Shown here: in pieces, positions 1 to 10,118 of the stretch
How positions within the stretch are numbered: position 1 is the first letter of the stretch
Layout of the letters: each line of letters starts with the position of its first letter
NCBI GenBank assembly: GCA_963921275.4
Contig: OZ001293.3
Span: 3,552,001-3,616,000 of the forward strand
Direction of reading: 5' to 3'
DNA length: 64,000 nt
Source: an uncultured Hormoscilla sp.
Lineage (GTDB): Bacteria; Cyanobacteriota; Cyanobacteriia; Cyanobacteriales; Desertifilaceae
Program-made: the position numbers and the translations under genes
Notes under the pieces: generated by a model
Told to the model about the DNA's origin: nothing
The model's database searches: none
What the model saw: the letters and a program-made list of their open reading frames with translations, nothing else

Positions 1-433
1 GCGCGGGCTTGATTACTTGCATTCATATGTTGCTGCGGGCCTGGTTTCACCAGTAGCCCAGAAACCAGATTTTTCCCAGAAACCTGGTTTCTTAATTCAA
101 GAAGATCAATCTCGCAACTTCCAACGGTGCAAGATCGCAATACTAAGTCACTTCAGTTTTCTTCGTCTGTTTAAGTTTGCGCTTGATGTTAAGCAAAAAC
201 TGGAGCCAGAGTTGCTCAGGGCGATCGAAGAAAATAAAAATGTCTCCATTGGCATTCAGGAGTAGTGATAAACAAGAGATTGCCAAGAGGTGCAGGTGTT
301 TGCCATTCTAAGGCAGAGATATGCCTCCAAACCTGGGGAGAATGGCACTGACGACGAAGGAGTGAAAAAAAGCTCCAAAGCATGCTAGATAAGGATTATA
401 GCCCTGAAGCCTAGTAAGCTATTACCCATAATC

Positions 434-700
434 ATGCCCAATCGAGCTGATCTTCTCAAGTGTCAATTGGCTTCGAAGCAATCGCTTTACCATTCCGACA
501 GGTGCTGCCAGAATCAGACATTCAACAGTTATGCGGACCACGAAAACCTCCCTCGTTCGCCATCGATTGTTTTCGCCGGTGGTTACCCTGTGGATGTTCT
601 TGCTGTGGATGCAGGTCATCGATATGGCTGCGCCCCCAGCGCAGCGCTATCAGCCTCTACTCGCACATTAGCAGTCAGTAAGGTTGTGGCCTGGTGCAGC
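434..700 (+). pseudogene. IS4-family transposase N-terminal fragment, frameshifted
   Basis: MPNRADLLK / LPFRQVLPESDIQQ / AVSKVVAW pieces in different frames resemble cyanobacterial IS4 transposase N-termini; interrupted by short palindromes. Confidence 0.5.
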
Positions 701-824
701 GGCAGGCCCCCGAGGATAGCGCTGCGCATGGCTGCGCCACGCTACGCGATGGGGGCGCAGCCATGGACACGCTTTGCCGGAGGCAAAGCCAGAAAACGTC
801 TACTCGTAGTGGAGCGCCTTTTAG

Positions 825-1650
825 CCCACATCCCGCACGACAGGAAGTAGTACATTTGTAATCCATGTTTTGCGCTTTTTCTGCTACATTTGTAGCAGAA
901 AAAGCGCAAGTATTTATACTCAAAATAAATCTTGAATAAAATGGCTCTCCTGGGTTTTTGGCGATCAATGTATTGCCAGATACAAAATAGGTGGTCTAAA
1001 AAGGCTGAAACCCTTGATTTAGCGTATATATAAGTTTTACTTATCACTATAAGTACAGGAGACCCAATAAAATCTGCCCCAAGACAAGAAAAATGTGTTA
1101 AGGTAGAAAATGAAGAAAGTTAGGACATTGGCACATGGAAATTAGTAATTTAGACCATCTGGGATTAGTGGCAGGAGTAATAGATGAAATAGGCATAGAA
1201 GAAATAATTAACCGGCGATTGGGAGAACACTGGAGAAAATCAGCTCTGGTAAAGTCATAAAAGCAATGATAATTAATGCCTTGGGGTTAATTTCATCTGT
1301 ATCTGTTTGCTAAATTTTTTGAATGCCAAGCAATAGAACATTTGCTTGGAGAAGGGATAAAAATACTTGAATGATGATAGATTGGGCAGGGTCTTTGATA
1401 AATTATCTGACATGGGTATTAGAGAAATATTTGTAGAAGTAGTTTTGTCGGTTTTGAAAAACTATCAAATCTTGATGTAATCAGCAGATTTAGATACATT
1501 TAGATGCAAGTTCATTTCATATTCATGGAGAGTATAAAGTGGAGAATGTAGAGTATGAAGTTGGAGAAGCAGAATCGAGACCGATAAAGATAACTCATGG
1601 ATATTCATTCTTACCATAGACCGGATTTGAAACAATTTACAATGGAGTTA
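825..1650 (+). mobile_element. IS1634-family element remnant (left end plus degraded transposase)
   Basis: NLDHLGLVAGVIDEIGI, YLNDDRLGR, HLDASSFHIHGEY, ITHGYS, HRPDLKQF in broken frames at 1134-1650; end-like CCCACATCCCGCA at 825. Confidence 0.75.
943..1065. mobile_element. MITE with 8-bp TSD AATAAAAT
   Basis: TIRs GGCTCTCCTG/CAGGAGACCC; AATAAAAT at 935-942 and 1066-1073; related sequence near 22195-22255. Confidence 0.7.
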
Positions 1651-2377
1651 TAGCATTTCTCAGAGTTGTGTGCCATATCTTCTTATCAATCACCCCGGCT
1701 TTTAACCATGCCCGTACTTGTTTACGGATTGGTGATGTAGTATTTAATTTTTCGACTAGCGCTTTGTGGTCTATCCTGTCGAAACATTTCGCAATATCTG
1801 CATCTAATACCCATTTGGGTTTCTGTTTGATGCTGCTGAATATTGCTTCAATTGCATCGTGGCATCCCCTTCCCGGTCTGAATCCGTAAGAGTTCCCCTC
1901 CATGTATGCCTCCCATTCTGGTTCTAATACAATTTTGAGGAGCCCTTGAGTCGCGCGGTCGTGCGTTGTGGGTATTCCTAAAGGACGCTTTTCATCTCTT
2001 CTTGGCTTGGGAATCCATACACGACGTGTAGGTTTAGCCTTGTTTGAGATTTCGATTTGCCTTACCAGTTCTAGTCGTTTCTCTGGGGTCAGTGACTTAA
2101 CACCGTCCACTCCTGCCGTTTTTTTACCCTGGTTTTCCTGCGTTACCCGCTGTACCGCTAAACATTTGGCAGCCCGGGAGCTTACCAGTAACCTCTGGAG
2201 TCTGCGAACTCTTTGCTTATTGCCTTCCATTGCCGCTCTGTAAATTCGTTTTTGCAACTTGAAGACTACCCTCTCCAGCTTCTGCCAGGGGATGGCCCTC
2301 CATTCATTCATCGATTCGGAAACCGTGCTCATGACGTATGCATTGCTACTTACAACTTCACAATTGACGTTACCCAT
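1637..2377 (-). pseudogene. Group II intron reverse transcriptase/maturase, 3'-truncated before the YADD motif
   Basis: RVVFKLQKRIYRA, GKKTAGVDG, RRVWIPKP, RPLGIPT, SYGFRPGRGCHDAI, VLDADIAKCFD; breaks off near 1672. Confidence 0.9.
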
Positions 2378-3645
2378 CCATTATAGAAGGGCGTTAGCTT
2401 CTCCACTCAATCTTTCCCAGATACATCCTGCCGAATATAAGCAGATGTTGCGCCTTTGGTGGCTGCTCGTGCGATTCGGTCGCTCATGACCCGCAACAGG
2501 TCATGAGCGACCGGTTACATCAACCGGGAACTTTGATGTTCATGGGGGTTAAATTCCTCCCGCCCAGATGCAGGGTTGACACCGGTCGGAGGTGCTGCGG
2601 AGCGATATCACCGTGGTGCTGAGCGAGGACTCAAATGTAGGATAGCTGGTAGCCTAAATCGGTGACTCCGCTAGGAAAGATATCCAAGGTTAGAACAAGC
2701 GAACGTATAAAAACCTCGTTAACCAAAACCAGCGGAATAAGGCTATATACGCTGGTCCCAAAAGGGGAAGCAGTCAGGGCTAGCTTTGGGCAGTGGCTAG
2801 TCATGTATCCGAAAGACTGTCGGGGAATATTACGGACCTAAAGATATCGTAAAATGACATCAAGGAACGAAGTAACCTCTCGTGTGCTGTCTGGTCTCGA
2901 CCGGCTAGACAAGTTAGATATTAAGCGCAAGCCACGGGAGGAGGGATGTCCCAAAAAGCAAATGCCCAGGGTAATGCCTGGGATAACGCCCGGAGCAATC
3001 CCGGTGATGTCCACAAGGACGCTGACGTGGGACGGATATACCAGGATGCTGTTCAGATTAGTAACTCCACATATATTATGAGCCCGATTTGGACCCCTCG
3101 GGGACTGATGGAGGTATGAGTGAAGGTGTAGGTGAAACAGGGTGACTGCCGTCGGACGGCGATATAAACTAGGCGAGAGACCACAGGTTCCTTGACAACC
3201 GCTCGCTGACCTGCACATAGAAGGAGCCAACAAGTAGACAGTAAGGGCCTACGGTGGGTAACCCCTATAAAGCCTATCCATGACAAGGACCTGGTAACCA
3301 GTAGCCGTGTGCGGTGAAAGTCGCAAGCACGGTTTCGCTCTTGGAGGGTTGGGGAGCGATTCCCAGCTCGACCCCGACCAACCTATCGACCGGTGGTTGA
3401 GAGTATGTATCTGGTTTACTTCGTTCCTCTAGATGATTGGTTGTAGTTTTAGGTGGACTCTGTATGCCGGGTTTGTTGTCAGTGCTTATTGGTCGGTAAA
3501 CGAACCGCCAATGACCGTTATCCTTTCCCGTTTTGGGCCAGCGTGTAAGCCTTTCCGCTGGTTGTTAGTGACGACACTTACAAGCCTTTGTTTTACTCAC
3601 CATGACTACTTACTCGACGGTAACCGGTTTAGGCGAGCCTAAACC
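1672..3645 (-). mobile_element. RT-encoding group II intron remnant (host of the nested intron)
   Basis: Reverse complement of 3380-3645 has domain I motifs (CCAGCGGAAAGGCTTACACGCTGG, CCTAAA...GGAACGAAGTAA) continuing across the insertion into 2378-2468 and the RT ORF. Confidence 0.8.
2469..3379 (+). mobile_element. ORF-less group II (IIB-like) intron A
   Basis: 5' GTGCG; DV TAGCCGTGTGCGGTGAAAGTCGCAAGCACGGTTT 3302-3335; DVI with bulged A; EBS1 GGGCAG 2788-2793 pairs IBS1 CTGCTC 2463-2468; EBS2 ACCAAA pairs TTTGGT; no RT ORF. Confidence 0.92.
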
Positions 3646-3825
3646 ACAAATATAAAAATAATTTTGCACAACTACTTAGGGGGTAAACCTTTAGACTTTC
3701 GGGATATATAATTATCTAGACAATTAATCACTTTTATCGGTTCAAACTCCCCCACTCCCCACTCCCCACTCCCCCACTCAGTTGGATATGTAAAAATAAA
3801 AAACATACCCTTATGCTGTATAGGC

Positions 3826-3866
3826 AAGCATACAGCATACAGCTGACCGCTGTATGCTGTATGCTT
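3826..3866. repeat. Perfect 18-bp hairpin built from CATACAG heptamers, downstream of apcF
   Basis: AAGCATACAGCATACAGC-TGACC-GCTGTATGCTGTATGCTT. Confidence 0.8.
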
Positions 3867-4003
3867 ACACCTAGACTACTACAGCACAAAGAGTAAATCA
3901 ACCCTCCCGGACGGCGGGTCGAAAGCCCGATCTCAAAAGACTTTTTACTCTTTACTTTTAGATTGCTTCAAACCTGGCAACGCTACGCGCTTTTTCCTTC
4001 CGC

Positions 4004-4513
4004 CTAGATGTCCTTTTCGCCGAATTCGCGGGTCATGTGGTCAAAGGGCTGGTCTACAAAATCCGTATTTTCCACCCCAGCGGCTGCTGCTTGTTCTTTG
4101 ACAATCTCTTTCATAATTTTAATTCCCCGCACCGTGGGGCCAATGGGAACTCCCAGGGAGTTGTAGGTTTCCCGCAAACCGAAGAGCACGCGCTCATCCA
4201 GCAAGTCAGAGTCGCCAGCCACTAGGGCATAGCTGGCATAACGCAGATAATAATCCATATCCCGCAGACAGGCTGCATAGCGGCGAGTTGTATAGGAATT
4301 ACCGCCCGGACGAAGCAGTTCTGGCACTTCCTCATACAACCGGGAAGCTGCCTGCTTCACAATGTTCGCTGCGTTACCATTGATTGCTGCCGCTGTCTGC
4401 ACTCGTGCCAGACCGCTATTAAAATAGGCTTTCAGCCGGTCGATCGCATCTCGGTCTAGATACCGACCGGTAACATCATAAGTGGAAATCAAGCTTGTGA
4501 CTGCGTCCTGCAT
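4004..4513 (-). CDS. apcF: Allophycocyanin beta-18 subunit
   Basis: [25 protein letters not shown]...[25 protein letters not shown]; 169 aa; divergent from glnA. Confidence 0.95.
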   Translation of the reverse strand: MQDAVTSLISTYDVTGRYLDRDAIDRLKAYFNSGLARVQTAAAINGNAANIVKQAASRLYEEVPELLRPGGNSYTTRRYAACLRDMDYYLRYASYALVAGDSDLLDERVLFGLRETYNSLGVPIGPTVRGIKIMKEIVKEQAAAAGVENTDFVDQPFDHMTREFGEKDI

Positions 4514-4593
4514 GCAACTGCTCTCCCAAAACTGCATTTTGTGGTGGTTTACTATTTTCCAGCCCGGTTGTTGCCGTCCCTCCGTCACCAGAG

Positions 4594-4812
4594 ATCGAGC
4601 CTGCTTGACTGGGCTGGGAATAACTGTTAATTTTACTACAAAACACATGATCTATTTTGGGCAATTTTCCAGCTTTTGGCTGGTCCGACTCTCATCCGCT
4701 ATCGAGCCTGCTTGACTGGGCTGGGAATAACTGTTGATTTTACTACAAAACATATGATCTATTTTGGGCAATTTTCCAGCTTTTGGCTGGTCCGACTCTC
4801 ATTTGCTATCGA
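4594..4812. repeat. 107-bp tandem duplication upstream of apcF
   Basis: Units start ATCGAGCCTGCTTGACTGGG at 4594 and 4701, few mismatches. Confidence 0.95.
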
Positions 4813-4849
4813 CTGTATGGGGTCCGCAACCGCAGCTAGCACAACTGAC

Positions 4850-5096
4850 AGGCTGGATACAGAACCTGCTTACAACCGGTCGGTACCAAGCAATCTGTGG
4901 ACTCGGACAGTATGCTCAACTCCTCTGGATATCGCGGTTGCGGGTCATTCCTTAATCAGATGGGCGGTACCATCATCCGACCGTATGCGGCAATGATATC
5001 CACCACACCGGGACGTTGCTTCAACTCCACCCGCTGTCCAGCACAATACTCGATCGCCTCTTGCCTATCCCAATCCACCTGCTTCTCTAAAGCCAT
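4850..5096 (-). pseudogene. Small hypothetical protein with internal stop
   Basis: MALEKQ...GQRVELKQRPGVVD...MMVPPI*LRNDPQPRYPEEL; TGA at a likely Trp position; 3' end approximate. Confidence 0.5.
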
Positions 5097-5231
5097 TTTC
5101 CTTCTGCCTTTTCCAAAAAACCGTAGCCGTTAATACTATATTACCAACTTTTGGGCTGCCTAAACAAAAATATGTTAACTTCGCTACAATTTTTAACATT
5201 TGAGCGATGACGCGCAAAAGGCCAAGACTTT

Positions 5232-5273
5232 GTAGTGAAGAATACAAAATCTACCCACTGCTGTCCCTAGGAT
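5232..5273 (+). promoter_or_regulatory. NtcA-activated glnA promoter
   Basis: GTA-GTGAAGAA-TAC 5232-5245, 22 nt spacer, -10 box TAGGAT 5268-5273; second GTA-N8-TAC at 5123-5136. Confidence 0.85.
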
Positions 5274-5445
5274 GAGGCAGGTATACGGGAGCGGCCAACG
5301 GGGATGGAGGTGGGTGACGGCGTTGACGACTCCTGCTTGTCAGTCAACCCTTCGTCCGTCCAGCACGCACCTGATCGCGTAGCGTAGCGATAGCGTGTAG
5401 CCATGCAGATTATCATGATCTCGCAGAGTAAATAAGGAGTGAAGC

Positions 5446-6867
5446 ATGCCAGAGACGGCGCAAGAAGTCTTGAAGATGATTAAAGACCAAGACATCAAGA
5501 TCGTAGACCTGAAATTTATTGACATGCCAGGGATCTGGCAGCACTGCTCGTTTTATCGGGATCTCATTGACGAGGAGGCATTCACCGACGGCGTAGCCTT
5601 CGATGGTTCTAGCATTCGAGGTTGGAAAGCGATTAACGAATCTGATATGATGATGGTGCCAGACCCGAAAACAGCTTGGATCGACCCCTTCATGGAAGAG
5701 CCAACCCTAAGCATGATCTGTAGCATCAAAGAACCCAGAAGCGGTGAATGGTACAGCCGCGACTCCCGCACTATTGCCCAGAAGGCGCTAGACTACCTAA
5801 TTTCCACTGGTATTGGTGATGTGGCCTTCTTTGGTCCGGAAGCGGAGTTCTTTGTGTTTGAAGATGTCCGCTTTGACCAGACGGAGAACAAAGGGTACTA
5901 CTATGTAGACTCGGTAGAGGGACGGTGGAATTCTGGGAAAGAGGAACCGGGTGGCAACTTGGCCTACAAACCCCGCTACAAAGAAGGTTACTTCCCAGTG
6001 TCGCCGACAGATACCCTGCAAGACATGCGGACGGAAATGCTGCTGACGATGGGACAATGTGGGGTCCCGATCGAAAAGCACCACCACGAGGTAGCCACTG
6101 GCGGGCAGAATGAATTGGGTATTCGCTTTGCGCCTTTGGTGCAGTCTGCTGACAACTTAATGATCTACAAATATGCGATCAAGAATGTTGCCAAGCGCCA
6201 CGGTAAAACTGTTACGTTTATGCCCAAGCCGCTGTTTAACGACAATGGTTCGGGGATGCACACCCACCAGTCCATCTGGAAGGATGGTCAACCTCTATTC
6301 TACGGAGATGGCTATGCCAACTTGTCTCAGTTAGCACTGCACTATATTGGCGGTCTGCTCAAGCACGCACCAGCACTGCTGGCGATCACCAACCCCACCA
6401 CCAATTCTTACAAGCGGTTGGTGCCTGGGTTTGAAGCCCCTGTGAACTTGGCATACTCCCAAGGAAACCGTTCCGCCTCCATCCGCATTCCGCTCACCGG
6501 TACTAACCCGAAGGCGAAGCGGTTAGAGTTCCGCTGTCCTGATGCTACTTGTAACCCCTATCTGGCATTTGCGGCTATGCTATGTGCTGGTTTAGATGGC
6601 ATCAAGAACGAAATCGACCCCGGTGAATCCTTGGATGTGGATATCTATGACCTCTCTCCAGAGGAGTTAGCGAAGGTGCCTTCGACTCCCGGTTCTCTGT
6701 TAGATGCGCTGAAAGCACTGGAAGCGGATCAGGAGTTTCTGACCGCTGGTGGCGTGTTTACAGAAGACTTCATCAGCAACTGGATTGAGTACAAACTGGA
6801 TAACGAAGTGAACCCGATGCGGCTACGTCCCCATCCCTACGAGTTTGCTCTATACTACGATGTCTAG
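5446..6867 (+). CDS. glnA: Glutamine synthetase type I
   Basis: [50 protein letters not shown]. Confidence 0.98.
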   Translation: MPETAQEVLKMIKDQDIKIVDLKFIDMPGIWQHCSFYRDLIDEEAFTDGVAFDGSSIRGWKAINESDMMMVPDPKTAWIDPFMEEPTLSMICSIKEPRSGEWYSRDSRTIAQKALDYLISTGIGDVAFFGPEAEFFVFEDVRFDQTENKGYYYVDSVEGRWNSGKEEPGGNLAYKPRYKEGYFPVSPTDTLQDMRTEMLLTMGQCGVPIEKHHHEVATGGQNELGIRFAPLVQSADNLMIYKYAIKNVAKRHGKTVTFMPKPLFNDNGSGMHTHQSIWKDGQPLFYGDGYANLSQLALHYIGGLLKHAPALLAITNPTTNSYKRLVPGFEAPVNLAYSQGNRSASIRIPLTGTNPKAKRLEFRCPDATCNPYLAFAAMLCAGLDGIKNEIDPGESLDVDIYDLSPEELAKVPSTPGSLLDALKALEADQEFLTAGGVFTEDFISNWIEYKLDNEVNPMRLRPHPYEFALYYDV

Positions 6868-6894
6868 CTCTTGTCAAGTAGTTTGATAACATAT

Positions 6895-6923
6895 AGCAGC
6901 CACCCGACGCGGTGGCTGTTTTG
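6895..6923 (+). terminator. Intrinsic terminator of glnA
   Basis: AGCAGCCACC-loop-GGTGGCTGTT followed by T-rich tail. Confidence 0.7.
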
Positions 6924-7001
6924 CTTTCGGATGTTCTTGCTGTTGCGGTTTTTCGTTACAATTATTTACAGTAGTTAAAGATTATTCATATTGCGCTAAC
7001 T

Positions 7002-7539
7002 ATGTCGGACACTTTCACCAAACTGGCCTATGAAACGGTTCAGCAGAGCCAAAGTTATTTTGCTCGAGCGCATAAAACCATTAGTTGGTGATTGCGTTCC
7101 CTGGTGGCTCCACTGGTCGAGCAGAAAACTAAACCGTTGCCGCCGCAGGTGTTATATATCGGAAATTCCCGGGGAATTGCCTCAACTTTTACAGGGGAAT
7201 GCAGAGGAGTTGCCCTATTTGGATAACTACTTCCATGCAGTCACTAGCGTTTTTCTGTTCCACGAACTGCCCGGTGGGGTGCGTCAGCGGGTAATTAATG
7301 AATGCTCTCGGGTGACTCAACCAGGGGGAGTGTTTATTATCTGCGATTCAATTCAACTGCCTGATGCGCCTGAGTTTAAGGTGATGATGGAAAACTTTGC
7401 TGGCATTTTCCACGAACCTTACTACAAAAACTATATTAGTGATGATTTGGTAGGACGCTTAGAGTCGGCAAGCTTAACTAATATTGAGACTCAGGTACAT
7501 TTCATGAGCAAGTATTTGATTGCTCGCAAGCCCGAATGA
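7002..7539 (+). pseudogene. Class I SAM-dependent methyltransferase with internal deletion and stop
   Basis: N-terminus MSDTFTKLAYETVQQ in one frame; C-terminus GNAEELPY...FLFHELP...FHEPYY in another; SAM-binding core missing. Confidence 0.75.
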
Positions 7540-8378
7540 TGGAACTTTACCCTCATTCCCGGTGGCGTTTAATTCCCCTGGTGCGAGCATCTGGGCGGCT
7601 CCAGATGGCGATCGACAGTTGGTTATTGGAGCAGCACAGGCTGGGTTTACATCCTCCCACTCTGAGGTTTTATACTTGGGAGTCAGCGACAATTTCTCTG
7701 GGTTATCATCAACGCCAATGGCCGGAATTCTGGAATCACTTGACTTGGCAAGGTGTCCAGGTGGAGTTGGTCAGACGCCCTAGTGGGGGCCGGGCGGTGC
7801 TGCATCAGGGCGATTTAACTTATGCTGTGGTAACTTCGGGACTTCCTCCCAGACGCCGGGAAGCCTACGAACAGATTTGTGAGTTTTTGATTGCTGGTTG
7901 GCGATCGCTCGGTTTAGAATTGCATTACGGTTCCGCTGGGCGGGGCTACATCCACAACCCCAGTTGTTTGGCTACGGCGACAGAGGCCGATCTTGTTTCT
8001 GCATGTGGCGGTAAGTTTATTGGTAGCGCCCAACTGCGACGGAGTAAAGCTATTTTACAACATGGTTCGATGCCCTTAGAACCCGATCGGGGTTTGTTTG
8101 CTAGGGTATTCGAGACTGAAGCCCCTGCTTCCGTGCAGCTACCGACAGGCGATCGGGGAGATGCCTTAATTGAAATTGTAGTGGAAGCTTTAACTGATGC
8201 TGCTAGTCGTTGTTTCGGTGTCGAGTTTATCAGACAAGCATTATCAGAGTCCGAGTGGCAGGCTATTAGGCAGATGTCTTCTCTCCTCAGAGTCGGCTGT
8301 CCGGCGCGTTCCCACCCGCAGCATGGGAACCAGATTACCGGTTCCACCCGTGGCCGCCAAATAGCCTCCATCAGCTAA
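7536..8378 (+). CDS. Lipoate-protein ligase A family protein
   Basis: QMAID, LRFYTW, SLGYHQ, VRRPSGGRAVLH, KFIGSAQ, ILQHGS. Confidence 0.9.
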   Translation: MMELYPHSRWRLIPLVRASGRLQMAIDSWLLEQHRLGLHPPTLRFYTWESATISLGYHQRQWPEFWNHLTWQGVQVELVRRPSGGRAVLHQGDLTYAVVTSGLPPRRREAYEQICEFLIAGWRSLGLELHYGSAGRGYIHNPSCLATATEADLVSACGGKFIGSAQLRRSKAILQHGSMPLEPDRGLFARVFETEAPASVQLPTGDRGDALIEIVVEALTDAASRCFGVEFIRQALSESEWQAIRQMSSLLRVGCPARSHPQHGNQITGSTRGRQIASIS

Positions 8379-8388
8379 TTGGCCCGAA

Positions 8389-8490
8389 GTTTTCCCAAAA
8401 GCAGCACTAGGTTTTAGGAAAAGCAGCACTAGGTTTTCCCAAAGCAGCCCTAGGTTTTGGGAAAAGCAGCACTAGGTTTTATGGAACAGC
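8389..8490. repeat. 21-22 bp tandem repeat, about 4.5 units
   Basis: GTTTTnnnAAAAGCAGCACTAG units. Confidence 0.9.
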
Positions 8491-8574
8491 GCCTGGTGGC
8501 GGCCACTTAACTGCTCTGAAGCGGAAGGCACCCTCTACACAAGGGATAGCGCGATTTTACCCTCATCATGACTA

Positions 8575-8863
8575 ATATCATGTCCGGATGATTAACCATA
8601 ATAAAAAAGATCTCTTGCGTTTGTTGGGTAGAGCTAAGCGCGAAACCCAACAGGGCTTACTTTCGATGTCTCCCGGACGCACGGCGAAAACCTTCGATAC
8701 CTCTGGGATGCACGGCAAAACCGATGCCTTCGGGATGCTTCGCAAAAACCCCGAAGGCATCGCCCAGAGGTATCGGGGAGACATCGCGGTTGGGTTTCGT
8801 GCTCCAGACCCAACCTACGGGTGATGAAATTTTTATCTTTTGGCTATATATCGGACATGATAT
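8575..8863. mobile_element. MITE carrying a REP-like doublet and nested hairpins
   Basis: TIRs ATATCATGTCCG / CGGACATGATAT; inverted partial second copy at 9393-9610. Confidence 0.7.
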
Positions 8864-9210
8864 CACGTGACTCTGCAATCAAGTCACGTGACTCTGCAAT
8901 TGAGTCAACGTGACTCTGCAATTAGTCACGTGACTCTACAATAGGTTTGCGTAACTCTACAATAGATTTACGTGACTCTGCAATAGGTTTACGTGACTCT
9001 GCAATAGGTTGCGCGACTTGGCAATAGGTTCGCGCTACTTTGACATAGAGTCAAGTGACTTTGACATAGAGTCACTTGACGAAGCTCTAGATTCATGTGA
9101 ATTTGCTCTAGAAAAATATGACAGTGTTTCTAGATAAATGTGATAGTGTCTCTAGATTCATGTGAATTGCTTGTCGGTCATATGTGATTGAGAGCGGTAT
9201 TCATGTGATG
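8864..9210. repeat. Degenerate ~21-bp tandem array
   Basis: CACGTGACTCTGCAATnnGT units drifting to CATGTGA...CTAGAT. Confidence 0.85.
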
Positions 9211-9430
9211 CTAGCCCTTAATCCCTATTAAACTACGAACTACAAACCGCGTAGCGTTGCTACGAAATACATTAGAGAGCACATCATTCATGTGAATAAT
9301 GGGAGAATGGGAGCGTTAGGGTCTTGTCAGCCTCACTCTTTGCCACCTCACTCCATAACTCACATTAACAAACTTGAGGTAAAAAACCTATCATATCATG
9401 TCCGATCTATAGCCAAAAGATAAAAATTTC

Positions 9431-9551
9431 GGCGTTGCACATTTTAGAGATGATGCCCTTTTTTGCACAGGCTACGCTACTGAAAATGGCTTGTAGTCTA
9501 AGTTTGAGAGTTCTGCAACTATCTCCATCATCCCGTCCGAAGTGCAACGCC
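9431..9551. mobile_element. MITE inserted in the second MITE copy
   Basis: TIRs GGCGTTGCAC/GTGCAACGCC; flanks AAAATTTC / AAAATTTT. Confidence 0.7.
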
Positions 9552-10118
9552 AAAATTTTATCCCTTCGGCTGCGCATCTGTAGGTTGGGTCTGGAGCACG
9601 AAACCCAACCCCGCGGAATAATGTAGCGATACGGCTAGAAAAAGCTAATGTTAGCCGAAGTGGTAGTTTTATTGCTAATTTACTGATTTAAAATCGTAGC
9701 TATCGCTCTTTCAGATTTCTGCCTCTATTCGTCAAAGTGATTAATTCTGAGGGTGAAAGTGTCCCAGTAAAAATATATTTTGAAACTGAAGGTGATGGGA
9801 TAGTTCAACCAGGCGATCTGCTAGCCGCTAAGTTATTCGTCTTTGGACAACCCTAGCGTAATGCTGCTAGTCAGAACCTGACGTTAATTATCACAGAAGG
9901 AAACCGGTGGCGGTCGCCTGTTCCGAATTCCATTCTGAAGTTGATGGTTCGTTGATAAATTTCTCCCAGCGTCTACTAATAGATTGCTGGGAGAATAGCA
10001 TAAAAATCCAGTTAAGTATGCTAGCAATGATTTTTTTCTCTTCGTGAAATGCTATGCTAAATTGTCATCAAAAGAATCCCAAACCCAGGTTTCGCCTGAA
10101 TTTGGGGTTTTCGTCGAT

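Noticed and set aside
1637..2377. Retron or DGR reverse transcriptase
   Set aside because: Motifs and the flanking ribozyme domains are group II intron type; no msr/msd or TR/VR pair seen
2838..3286. Short ORFs within intron A
   Set aside because: They overlap structured ribozyme domains and have no RT or endonuclease motifs
4514..4648. N-terminal extension of ApcF
   Set aside because: Homology begins at MQDAV; the extension runs into the tandem duplication
8864..9210. CRISPR array
   Set aside because: Contiguous degenerate tandem units without unique spacers
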